A stretch of 64,000 nucleotides of DNA. It comes from Microgenomates group bacterium (GTDB lineage Bacteria; Patescibacteriota; Microgenomatia; PFEM01; JBNASD01). Within the stretch, counting starts at the first letter, position 1; each line of letters starts with the position of its first letter. The stretch is taken from NCBI GenBank assembly GCA_049720225.1, contig JBNASD010000003.1:143-64142 (forward strand), written 5' to 3'. This document shows positions 1-9,709 of the stretch, piece after piece. Below the pieces are notes generated by a model. That model was not told the DNA's origin and did no database searches. It saw only the letters and a list, made by a program, of their open reading frames with translations. The translations under genes and the position numbers were made by a program.

Positions 1-93
1 TGTAACAATACCTCTTTATACAAAGTTAATCCCTTAGCTTCAGGCTGTGAAGAGACTCAATGTCCAGAGATTCCAATTCAAACTGTGCGCTAA
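1..93 (+). CDS. 3' end of an upstream gene carrying the shared Cys-rich C-terminal module (partial)
   Basis: Frame 1 reads CNNTSLYKVNPLASGCEETQCPEIPIQTVR*, paralogous to the C-termini of 2732..3358 and 3424..5778. Confidence 0.8.
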   Translation, partial: CNNTSLYKVNPLASGCEETQCPEIPIQTVR

Positions 94-97
94 AACT

Positions 98-2647
98 TTA
101 AGGCGCCAATTCTTCCCATAAAGAAGCTCGCCTCCATAAAGAAGAATTAAGATTTAAAAAAAGCTTTGGTTGATAAACAAATTTCTCTGCTGGCGTAGTT
201 TTGTTTCTTTGGGTTCCTAAATCACGGGTTAAACGGAAGTATTTAGCGATTACTCCTCCGTTGACGATTAATTGTTGGGAGCTAGGTGTTCCTTCATTAA
301 AATCATTAGCGGAATACTCATTCTCTACTGAAGAATAAAATCCCTCGTTAGTAATAAAAAATCCTGATAAAGAGGAAATATCTTTTGAAATTCCTATTCC
401 TTCGGAGGCTACTATCACCAAACTTCCGCCATTATTGATATCAACAGTAATTGGTTGATTAATTAAAAGTTTCCCTTCAACAAGAATAACTATCTTTCGT
501 GTTCCAATATTCAAAGACTCTCCTAATTTTAAATTTCCCCTAAAACCAAAAATATCTTTATCGGAAGAAAGATTTTCTTGAAAAATTTCTTCTAGTTCTT
601 CAAAAGAAGAAACTTCGGTAATCTTTTTAAAATAATCAAAATCAAACCAATTAACAAAGGTAGTATTGGCTAACCAACCTAAAGAAGAAACACTTCCCAA
701 ACCAAAAATCACTTCTTCTCCTCCGTAAGAAACTATCCCCGGATAACCTCCCAACCCCTCTAAGGAAAAGAAGTTTCCTGAGGGCATAAAGGAAATAATT
801 TCATTTTGGGTATGAACTGCTCCTTCTTGGGTTTGAAACCAAGTTTTTTGACAGCTTGGATCTTCTACACATTGAGTATTAAAATCGCATTGACCCTGGG
901 TGGGATCGCCGTTATAGTAACAGTATTGAACTTGACAAATTTCGTTGGGGACACAATCGCAATCACCACAGGAAAGATTTTGCCAATTACCACAAACACA
1001 TGCAGGGGTAACACTTGGAGAAACAGAAGGAGGAGCTGGCACATTATTAATTTGATCACTACAATTTAGAGGATCACAACCTGCTTTTATTGGTCTTACT
1101 TCATAAATTACCTTACTTCCTGGCGGAAAGCCTTCGCCATTATTGTCAGCAGTATACGAAGTAACATTTCTTCCTACCGTAGCTAAATATCGGGGAAAAC
1201 ATTCACCAGAAGAATCTGTTTGACATAAATAAATTTCATATCTATCTTCATAATTAACGTCACTCCATCTAATTGCTTTATTGTAATTTCCGTCACGTCG
1301 GGGAACATCGTCATCGGTTACCAACGAAGGACACAAAGGACATATATCTTGTTTGCAAATATAAATTTTCCTTGTTTTATTAGTTTTATCTTTTAATAAA
1401 TCCCGCCAGTAAATCCAACCTCCTCCGGCTTTATTATCAACCTTACAGTATAATCGGTAAGAATTACCATCAATCACCGAAGGAAAAGAAGAAAAATAAA
1501 CAGTTAACCAATTTTGCCCTAAAGAAAATGGACCATCATTGGGTAAACTTTCTCCTAAATTTAATGTACCGGTTTGGTCGGTAATTTTACAGGTTAAAAC
1601 TTTATTTCCTTTAGCAACGTCTCGATCTAATTCTCCCAAAATTTCTACCCTGTCAATGTAACCAGTTTTATTGGCGATAAAATTTGCGTATTGATTTTCG
1701 TTATAAGAATCAATTAAGGCAGTACCGGTATTATGATCAAGTTGTTGCAAAGATAAAGGGCAAATATAGGCGGGAGTGGGAGTAGGAGTTGCTATCCCTC
1801 CACCGCCCTGTGATCCTCCACAAACGGTATCGGAAAATTTATAAAAAATTGTAAATCCACCGAATTCTACAGAAGTAATTACAAGACTAGATCCAATAGG
1901 CGGTGGTTTTTGAGAATTTATAGTTTTTAGTGCTCTAAAAGTACCGTTGGTTGTTGGATATAACGTAATAGGATTATAATAACATCTGCCTTCATTTAAA
2001 GAAAATGGAGCACAATAATTATTCAAACAAAAAAGATAATTATCGCAACTTCCTCCACCATTAATTATCCCTCTAATTTCTGGGCCGGAGGGATATTGAT
2101 AAAACCATCCATATCGAGCGTTTGTATAAACAAGATTACACCCCGAAGAGTTTAAGCATCCTGAGTTTAAATAGTTAGGGTAATCTTCGTCGCTTTTTTT
2201 GTATTCTGGTCTTTTTTCTTCACAATAATGAATTTTACCATCCCCTACATATCGATACATCACATTTGCCCAACACTCTCCACACCCAATAGGAGCAGTA
2301 AATTTAGCAAAAAAACGAATTCCTCCATTCCAAATTTCTCTCTTCGAAGAAGAAGCAGGAATCCAGCTTGAATTGCCTAATTTAAAAAGAGGTTGCTCCC
2401 GAAGGTATTCCTCTTTAATCCAAAATTCTATAGTAGTATCAGCTTTTTCAATTAAGAAATTAAAATGTTGCAAAACAGAACCACGTTCTCCCGAAATAGC
2501 ATAATATAAAGAACTATAAGTATGCATATTTCCTACTTTTACTCCATCAACATAACATTCTATATAAGCAAACGTTTTCGAAGGAAAAAAAAGAAGAACT
2601 AAAAATAAAAATAACAGAGAAAAAGAAAAGAAAATTAATTTCTTCAC
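98..2647 (-). CDS. Large secreted Cys-rich surface protein with Pro/Thr linkers, an FN3-like module and a beta-rich C-terminal domain
   Basis: 849 aa; N-terminal signal/TM; many Cys; TPTPTP linkers; C-terminal WFQT...VIA...FVYQP...WEELAP region; minus-strand TTGACA-17-TAATCT upstream. Confidence 0.7.
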   Translation of the reverse strand: MKKLIFFSFSLLFLFLVLLFFPSKTFAYIECYVDGVKVGNMHTYSSLYYAISGERGSVLQHFNFLIEKADTTIEFWIKEEYLREQPLFKLGNSSWIPASSSKREIWNGGIRFFAKFTAPIGCGECWANVMYRYVGDGKIHYCEEKRPEYKKSDEDYPNYLNSGCLNSSGCNLVYTNARYGWFYQYPSGPEIRGIINGGGSCDNYLFCLNNYCAPFSLNEGRCYYNPITLYPTTNGTFRALKTINSQKPPPIGSSLVITSVEFGGFTIFYKFSDTVCGGSQGGGGIATPTPTPAYICPLSLQQLDHNTGTALIDSYNENQYANFIANKTGYIDRVEILGELDRDVAKGNKVLTCKITDQTGTLNLGESLPNDGPFSLGQNWLTVYFSSFPSVIDGNSYRLYCKVDNKAGGGWIYWRDLLKDKTNKTRKIYICKQDICPLCPSLVTDDDVPRRDGNYNKAIRWSDVNYEDRYEIYLCQTDSSGECFPRYLATVGRNVTSYTADNNGEGFPPGSKVIYEVRPIKAGCDPLNCSDQINNVPAPPSVSPSVTPACVCGNWQNLSCGDCDCVPNEICQVQYCYYNGDPTQGQCDFNTQCVEDPSCQKTWFQTQEGAVHTQNEIISFMPSGNFFSLEGLGGYPGIVSYGGEEVIFGLGSVSSLGWLANTTFVNWFDFDYFKKITEVSSFEELEEIFQENLSSDKDIFGFRGNLKLGESLNIGTRKIVILVEGKLLINQPITVDINNGGSLVIVASEGIGISKDISSLSGFFITNEGFYSSVENEYSANDFNEGTPSSQQLIVNGGVIAKYFRLTRDLGTQRNKTTPAEKFVYQPKLFLNLNSSLWRRASLWEELAP

Positions 2648-2731
2648 TTTAACTTAAGATTAAATTAATTTAAGGGTATTGTCAAGAGAAAAAGTTGCAA
2701 GAATTTTTTTCTTTATGTTATTCTTAAAAAA

Positions 2732-3358
2732 ATGAAGAAAAAAATTTTTTTAATAATCTTGCCCCAACTATTCCTCTTAATTTTCTTTCCTTCTTTAATA
2801 TTTGCTGATGAATGTCCTTCGCGGTCAATAGGAGACATTAATTGTGATAGAGAAACAAATCAACAAGATTTGGAGTATCTTTTAAACCTCTGGAATTATT
2901 TAGGAGAAATCCCAGGAGTTTCTTTAGGAGATATTAATAATGATAATAAGGTAGAAGAAAAAGATCTCCATATTCTGCTTTTTAATTGGTTAAGAACTTT
3001 TGCGCCAACCTCTACCCCAACCCTTACTCCTACTCCATCAGCTTCTCCTACTCTTACCCCTCCTCCTACGACTAATTGTCCCTCTGTCTGCCCAGAAATT
3101 ATTTTCTATAGTTCAGGAATTGAAGGTGATCAACAAACCTGCTATGTAAAATTAGTTTGGAATCCCTCTCCTTCTGCCACCGTTTATCGAGTTTATCGAA
3201 ATGCGGTTTATAAAGAAACAACTAATAATCACTATACCTGGCACTTTGTTCCTTGTAACAATAATTCATTATATAAAGTCCAGCCCACTGCTCCTAATTG
3301 CCAAGAAATTTCCTGTTCGCCAGTAGCGGTAAGAACCCCTCCTCTTCCCAATCAATAA
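2732..3358 (+). CDS. Secreted dockerin-like protein with Pro/Thr linker and Cys-rich FN3-like C-terminal module
   Basis: Signal peptide; duplicated Ca-loop motifs GDINCDRETNQQDL and GDINNDNKVEEKDL; PT linker; CPSVCP...WNP...YKVQP...C module. Confidence 0.75.
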   Translation: MKKKIFLIILPQLFLLIFFPSLIFADECPSRSIGDINCDRETNQQDLEYLLNLWNYLGEIPGVSLGDINNDNKVEEKDLHILLFNWLRTFAPTSTPTLTPTPSASPTLTPPPTTNCPSVCPEIIFYSSGIEGDQQTCYVKLVWNPSPSATVYRVYRNAVYKETTNNHYTWHFVPCNNNSLYKVQPTAPNCQEISCSPVAVRTPPLPNQ

Positions 3359-3423
3359 AATATCAGCATTTTTAAAGTAATTATTGACAGGGTTGGAAAT
3401 TTACCATTAAAATAGTTTATAAA

Positions 3424-5778
3424 ATGCTTAAAAGAAAAGATTTTTTTCTTTTTTTTCTTATTTCTTCTTTAGGATTAATTTTAATTATTTCCAATTTTTT
3501 TCTCCAAGAAAAACCATCATTTTTTTCCAAAGCTCAAGAATTTTCTTCGGCCACTATCACTTTTCAGCAAGGAGTCAATAATTATCAAGGAACAACCAGT
3601 AGTTATATTTTTTCTTGGTATCCTGATAAAAATTTCCAATCAGAAAATAAAAATTTAATCTACACTACCTCCGCTTTTACTTTAATAAGATTTGATCTCT
3701 CTTCTCTTCCTCAAAATGCTAAAATTGACAACGCTGCTTTAACTTTATGCGCCGTTAGTAAATATGGTTCCTCAACCTCCCCGTTAAGTATAAAAGTGTT
3801 CCCACTGATAAGATCTTGGAATCCTAAAACAGTTACTTGGTTTCAGGCAGACATTTACCAGGAATGGACAAAACCAGGGGCTCAAGATCCAATTCAAGAC
3901 CGAAAAAATAATTATGTTGCTAATTTGGGTATTAACAACGTAGGTTGCTATAACTTTCCTCTCACTTCTATAGTTCAAAGATGGGTCGCTTATCCTCAAA
4001 CTAATAAGGGGATTATTTTAGCCTCTTTAGAAGGGGCGGGAGTTGGTTATTTTTTTGCCGATGAAAGTTATCCTACTGTCTCCAGCCGACCAAAACTCAC
4101 TATTTCTTATACTCTTTCTCCAACCAATAATCTTCCTCCTTATGTCAGTTTTACTTCTCCTTCTTCTGAACAATTTATCACCGATCCTTTCGCTTTAGAG
4201 GTAATCACTCAAGACGACAAAGGAATTTCCCGAGTGGAATATTATTTAGATGGCAATAAAATTACTTCTTTAACTAATCCTCCTTATATTTTTTCTCTTG
4301 TTCCTGGACATTATTCTTTGGGGACTCATCTTCTTACGGCAAAAGTTTTTGATGATATTGGACAACAAGATGAGGATAATCGTTTAGTTAATTTTTATCA
4401 AAAAGATGATGGAGTAATTACCTTAGCCCAAATTTCTGATAACCATCTTGAAAGTAGTTCTTTATATCCTCAAAGATTAACTCAGGTTCTTCAAGAAATA
4501 AAAGACGTGATCAAACCAGCCTTAATTATTGATACCGGTGATTTAGTTACCACTCCCTCTACCGCTAATTATCAGCTTTATAGTAACATTATAAATAATT
4601 TAAATTTGAAAATCCCCCTCAAAATTATTCCCGGCAATCATGATCTTACTGACGGCGGAGCCAGTTTAAAAAATGCCCTTAGCGCCGCAAAAGAAAAATT
4701 CTTTTTAGACATCGAAAATTATCGTCTTTTAGGAATTGGCTGTTACAAAATTGCTCAATATCAAAATTGGGCGGAAAATCTTTTAAAAGAAAATAAAAAG
4801 GAAATAATTTTTTCTCATTATCCCGTCGTCCTTCCTCCTGATAAAGCTTCCAATTCTTTATATCAGATGTCTCCCTCAGAAAAAACCGCTTTAATTTATT
4901 TATTTAGAAATTTTTCTCCTCTTTTTTATTTCTCCGGTCATGTCCATGAAAGATTTCTTTTAGAAGAACCAGAAACTTTAGTTCCTAACTTAAGTGTGTT
5001 AGCCACTACTCAAAAATCTGGTTACGAAATTATTACTTTAGATAATGGCATAATTTCTAGTAATGTTACCTATATTAATGAAAGTCCCCGCTGGCCAGTA
5101 GTTGTTATTACCTCTCCTCAATCATTTTATGGGTTAAATAACCAAAAAATTATCTCGGGAATAGTGAAAATAAGAGCCAAAATATTTGATCCTAATCCCA
5201 TAAATACTGTTGAGTACAAAATAGATTCTGAAAATTGGATAAGAATGGAAAAGAAAGGATTTTCAGTTTACGAAAAAGAATGGGATACCGCTGGTTATCC
5301 AGGCGTTCATACTCTTTATGTCAAAGCTATTAATTCATTGGGAAACCAAAAAATAACTCAAATCAAGGTTAATGTTTCCTCCTCTGTTCCTTCACCTACA
5401 CCTCCTTCCCCTCTACCTACAGTTACCCCCTCACCTTCTTTACCTACCAATACCCCTACACTCCTTCCTACCAACACTCCTACTCCTACTCCCACACCTT
5501 CTTCTTCCTCTTGTCCTTCTTCTTGTCCCCAAATTACTTCTTATTCTTCAGGGAAAGAAACTGATGGTACTTGTTGGGTAGAGCTTTCTTGGAAACCTGT
5601 TCCTAATGCCACTTCCTACAAAATTGTTAGAAATAGTTCTACTTACAAAACTACCACCCAAACTACTTATCGTTGGCGTTGGTTACCTTGCAACAATACC
5701 TCTTTATACAAAGTTAATCCCTTAGCTTTAGGATGCCAAGAAATTCAATGTCAAGAAGTGGCGATTAAGACTCCATAA
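3424..5778 (+). CDS. Secreted multidomain calcineurin-like metallophosphoesterase (DNRLRE/CBM96-like + Ig-like + MPP + Ig-like + PT linker + C-terminal module)
   Basis: Motifs SDNH, TGD, GNHD, SHYP, SGHVH; LIRFDLSSLP...RPKLTISY DNRLRE-like domain; DDKGISRVEYYLDG Ig-like domain. Confidence 0.8.
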   Translation: MLKRKDFFLFFLISSLGLILIISNFFLQEKPSFFSKAQEFSSATITFQQGVNNYQGTTSSYIFSWYPDKNFQSENKNLIYTTSAFTLIRFDLSSLPQNAKIDNAALTLCAVSKYGSSTSPLSIKVFPLIRSWNPKTVTWFQADIYQEWTKPGAQDPIQDRKNNYVANLGINNVGCYNFPLTSIVQRWVAYPQTNKGIILASLEGAGVGYFFADESYPTVSSRPKLTISYTLSPTNNLPPYVSFTSPSSEQFITDPFALEVITQDDKGISRVEYYLDGNKITSLTNPPYIFSLVPGHYSLGTHLLTAKVFDDIGQQDEDNRLVNFYQKDDGVITLAQISDNHLESSSLYPQRLTQVLQEIKDVIKPALIIDTGDLVTTPSTANYQLYSNIINNLNLKIPLKIIPGNHDLTDGGASLKNALSAAKEKFFLDIENYRLLGIGCYKIAQYQNWAENLLKENKKEIIFSHYPVVLPPDKASNSLYQMSPSEKTALIYLFRNFSPLFYFSGHVHERFLLEEPETLVPNLSVLATTQKSGYEIITLDNGIISSNVTYINESPRWPVVVITSPQSFYGLNNQKIISGIVKIRAKIFDPNPINTVEYKIDSENWIRMEKKGFSVYEKEWDTAGYPGVHTLYVKAINSLGNQKITQIKVNVSSSVPSPTPPSPLPTVTPSPSLPTNTPTLLPTNTPTPTPTPSSSSCPSSCPQITSYSSGKETDGTCWVELSWKPVPNATSYKIVRNSSTYKTTTQTTYRWRWLPCNNTSLYKVNPLALGCQEIQCQEVAIKTP

Positions 5779-5782
5779 AAAA

Positions 5783-7409
5783 ATGCAATTATTAAAAATT
5801 TTAATTTTTACTTTCTTGTTTTTTTTCCTATTTGAAAGAAAAGCATTATCAGTCAACATTAATATTGATCCAAAAATTATTAAAAATGAACATTTCCATC
5901 AACTTTTAGGAAATTATATCAATCTTACCACCGGAAGTTTTTTTCAAGATTTCAACAATCAGGAATTTATTAATAGTGCTAAACAAATTATTCCCCAAGC
6001 GGGTGAGCCTCCGGTAATGCGCCTTTATTGGGACCTTACTAATAGCCAAATAATCCAAATTATTAATTTTTGTAAAGAAGTAAATTGTGATCCTATGTTT
6101 GCTTTTTCCGATAATCTTAATCTTAATGACCCACAAATAAGAGAACAAATAAAAGTGAAAATAAGATTTATTAAAAATTCATGCGAAACAATTTTTGAAG
6201 ATAATAACCATTGTCTTCATTGGGATATAGGAAATGAACCTTCAAAAGAATGCTATAAAATCCAACAAGTAGCTTCTTTATTATCCAAAATTATTTCCTT
6301 TAATTAAAGAAGAAATTCCTAACGCTATTATTCATGCTTTAGAACTTTACCATTACCCTTTAACAGTTAATCAACAAACTTCTCCTTGTAAGGAGAAATG
6401 TCCTAATTATGATATCGGACAATGTATCATAAAACTCCTTAATGAAATTAATCCTAATGCAAAAATTGATGTAGTGGCTACTCATTGGTATCCTTACATT
6501 TCTTCTCAAATAAGTTCAATTACAGGAACAAGTATTCTTACTTGGGAAGGGATTGATCCCTCTAATAAAAGACAGAAAATGCTTTATCCCTATGAACTAA
6601 CTAACTCCAGTACTGGCATTGTAAGTTATACTAAAAACTATTCTAACACCGAAAATGCGGTAGTAGGAATCGGTGAATTTAGTACCGTTGGTTTAACAAA
6701 CAATATTCCTTCGCTTCAGAAAAATAATGTCACATGGGGAGCAGCTTTTTGGACAATGGATGTAATAGGAATTATGGCCGAGGCGGGAATCAAATATGCT
6801 CAGAAACATATCTTAAATGGCAAAATAATCCCCGGTGTTCTTTCTACTTATACTTTTCCTACAATTGGCTTCCAAGGAGAAAGATTACCTCTCTCTTACG
6901 CTTATGAACTTTACGCTAAATATTTTGGTAATAAAATAGTTCACTCTTATTCAGATCAACCACAATTATTAAATGTTCACGCTTCCCTGGATGATTGGAA
7001 AAGATTAAAAGTCCTCCTTATTAATAAAACAGGAAACAATCAAAATGTAATTTTAAACATAAACAATTTTCTTCATAAAAATTTAGTCATTTTTCATTCC
7101 TTAACTATTCCCAATAGAGATAATTTTGAAAGGCTCTCTTTAGATGAAAGAGGAATAGCAAAAATCACCACTTATGATAGAACTATCGAAAGAAATCTTA
7201 GTTTTTCTATAACTCCTTTCACCGCCACTATAATTACCTTTTTCCCGGATTGTGCAGATTATAATAAAGGTAATCTTAATTGCGATGAAAAAATAGACTC
7301 AATCGATATTAATATCGCAATTAATTCATGGCTAGAAAAGTTTTATAACTTAAATCAGGATTCAATCAATGATGAAGAAGATTTAACTATTATTCTCAAA
7401 AATTTTTGA
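5783..7409 (+). pseudogene. Frameshifted clan GH-A-like glycoside hydrolase with C-terminal dockerin-like domain (ORFs 5783..6307 and 6474..7409)
   Basis: Signal peptide and WDIGNEP in the first frame; +1 frame open from 6273 (YYPKLFPLIKEEIPNAII...IDVVATHWYP), running into GIGEF, AAFWTMDVIG and GNLNCDEKIDSID. Confidence 0.7.
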
Positions 7410-7424
7410 TAAAAAAAATAAAAA

Positions 7425-8159
7425 TCAACGGTCTAAAAAAACTAACCAAACAAACTTTAATAAATTTATTTGCCTTCTCCACCTCCACGGCTGTATCAAA
7501 AGCCTAAATAACCACTCAAACCCTATCTTTCTAATAAAAAGTGGTGCACGAGGAACAAAACCAGTTAAAAAGTCTAATGCCCCCCCTACCCCCATTGCCA
7601 ACAAAATGTCGTTTTTTGGCAAATTTTTCTTAATCCACTCCTCTTGTTTTCCCATTCCTTGACAGGCAAAAACAATATCCCATTTTTGTTTTTGCCAATT
7701 GGGAGTTTCCTCTAAAGAAAAAATTTTTGCTCCTTTAAATTTTTCCTGCAAAATTTTAATCTGTCGCCTTCTTTCCTCTCCTGAATCATCATGATTTCTT
7801 GCTCCCACCACTCCTATTTGCCATCGATAAGTTTGCCCTAACCTTAATAAATCTTCCACCAAATCCGCACCGGCTATCCGCTCCGGTAATGAATAAGAAG
7901 TTTTTCCTCGCCATTTTAAATACCGAGAAGCCCAAACCAAGCCTATTCCATCCGCCACCGCCATATCCGCTAAGTTAAGAATTTCTTTAAATCTTTTATT
8001 TTCTTGGGCATAAACCACAAACTCGGGATTAACGGTTACTAAAAAAGTTTTTTTCCCTCTTTTAATTCCTTCTTCAAGGTAATTTAGCACTTCATTATAT
8101 CGATTGCTATTTAAATTAATTCCTAAGATTTTTACTATTTTTCTATCCTTTTTATTCAT
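7425..8159 (-). CDS. WecB/TagA/CpsF family glycosyltransferase
   Basis: TVNPEF, ADGIG, ERIAGADL, GMGKQE, GVGGALDF, RAP, GFEWLFRL motifs. Confidence 0.92.
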   Translation of the reverse strand: MNKKDRKIVKILGINLNSNRYNEVLNYLEEGIKRGKKTFLVTVNPEFVVYAQENKRFKEILNLADMAVADGIGLVWASRYLKWRGKTSYSLPERIAGADLVEDLLRLGQTYRWQIGVVGARNHDDSGEERRRQIKILQEKFKGAKIFSLEETPNWQKQKWDIVFACQGMGKQEEWIKKNLPKNDILLAMGVGGALDFLTGFVPRAPLFIRKIGFEWLFRLLIQPWRWRRQINLLKFVWLVFLDR

Positions 8160-8550
8160 ATTTTTTTGAAAAATTTTAATATTTTAAACAGTTTAAACTC
8201 GAAAAAATTGACTTAAAAACGATTTACGCTCAAAAAGTTGGTCTTTTTTTTCTATTTTTTAATCTTATAATATTTTATTATAGGTTTTAATTTTGTAAAA
8301 GTTTTAAATTAAAAACGGTCTAAAAAGGGCTTTAAAATATAGGGTTTATTTTCAATACCCATGTTTTTCAAATTTAAAATATTTTGAGTAAAAAAAATAA
8401 TCAAAAAAAGGCCCTTTAAGTATTAAAAAAATTATTAAAGAACAAAAAATTTAATTTAAATTTTTTTATAAAAATATAGGATTAAAAATTTTCTAATTTT
8501 CTTTTTAATTTTTTATTTTTTAACTTAATTTTTTTAAAAAAATATAGGAT

Positions 8551-9600
8551 TTATTTATTTTTAATCACCTGACGATAAAAATCCAAATTTTCTAAAATAA
8601 TACCAATCCCTTTAATGACACAATAAAGTGGTTCTTCGGCAACATGAACGGGTACGCCAATTTCTTCGGTAATCAACTTATCAAACCCTCGAAGCAAACT
8701 TGTTCCTCCAGCAAAAAAAATTCCTTTATCAATAATATCGGCTGATAACTCGGGAGGGGTTTCTTCTAAAACATCTTTAATTACCCCAATAATTTGGTTT
8801 AAGACTGGCCGAATTGCTTCGGTAATTTCAGTCGAAGTAATTTCAATCAACTTAGGCAAACCACTAATTGAATCTCTTCCTTTAACCTCCATTACCTCTT
8901 CCTTTACTACCGGTAAGGCGGAACCAATTTTTAACTTGATTTCCTCCGCGGTTTGCTCGCCAATAATTAAAGAATGTTTTTTTCTTAACCAGCTGGCAAT
9001 TGCCTCATCAATTCGGTTGCCGGCAATTCGTACCGAACGACTGACAACCACTCCTCCTAAAGAAATTACCGCTGCCTCTGTTGCTCCCCCACCGCTATCA
9101 ACAATCATACTTCCTGAGGGAACATCAATAGTAATTCCTGCTCCCAATGCCGCCGCCAAGGGTTCGTCTACTAGCCACGCGGTCCGTGCTCCTGCCGATA
9201 AGGTGGCATCTAAAACTGCTCTTCTTTCAACCTGTGTACTTCCTGCCGGGGCACAAATCATCACCTCAGGACGTAAAAAAAAGCTTTTCCCAATCGCTTT
9301 TTCCAAAAAATAGCTCAAAATTGCCTCCGTAATTTTATAATCAGCAATCACCCCATCGCGCATTGGTCGCGAAGCGATAATTGTTTCTGGTGTTCGGCCA
9401 ATCATCTGTTTTGCTTCCTCTCCCACTGCCAATACCTCTCCTGTTTCTGTGGAGACCGCTACCACTGTTGGCTCGTTTAAAACTATTCCTTTTCCCTCTA
9501 CCCAAACTAACGAGTTAGCGGTCCCTAAATCAATGCCAATTTTTGGTCCCAATGAAGAAAAAAATTGCTTAAAATTTTTGAGGTTGATATTTTTTAACAT
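8551..9600 (-). CDS. mreB: Rod shape-determining protein MreB
   Basis: IGIDLGTANS, NEPTVVA, RPMRDGVIAD, EPLAAALGAG, ETPPELSADI. Confidence 0.96.
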   Translation of the reverse strand: MLKNINLKNFKQFFSSLGPKIGIDLGTANSLVWVEGKGIVLNEPTVVAVSTETGEVLAVGEEAKQMIGRTPETIIASRPMRDGVIADYKITEAILSYFLEKAIGKSFFLRPEVMICAPAGSTQVERRAVLDATLSAGARTAWLVDEPLAAALGAGITIDVPSGSMIVDSGGGATEAAVISLGGVVVSRSVRIAGNRIDEAIASWLRKKHSLIIGEQTAEEIKLKIGSALPVVKEEVMEVKGRDSISGLPKLIEITSTEITEAIRPVLNQIIGVIKDVLEETPPELSADIIDKGIFFAGGTSLLRGFDKLITEEIGVPVHVAEEPLYCVIKGIGIILENLDFYRQVIKNK

Positions 9601-9709
9601 ATTTTGATCGATTTATTTTAAACTTCTTTTCTTCTTTGATAATAACACTTTTTAGAAAATACAATCAACCGTTGCTCAATAAGTATTATTATGATATGAT
9701 AATCTTAAA

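Noticed and set aside
5380-5511. Pro/Thr/Ser-coding low-complexity tracts as DNA repeat elements
   Set aside because: Explained as ordinary interdomain linkers
1-5778. DGR template/variable repeat pair among the shared C-terminal modules
   Set aside because: Mismatches are not restricted to adenines and no reverse transcriptase is present in the window
7407-7409. TGA recoding (genetic code 25)
   Set aside because: TGA ends genes at sensible positions and long genes are uninterrupted under code 11
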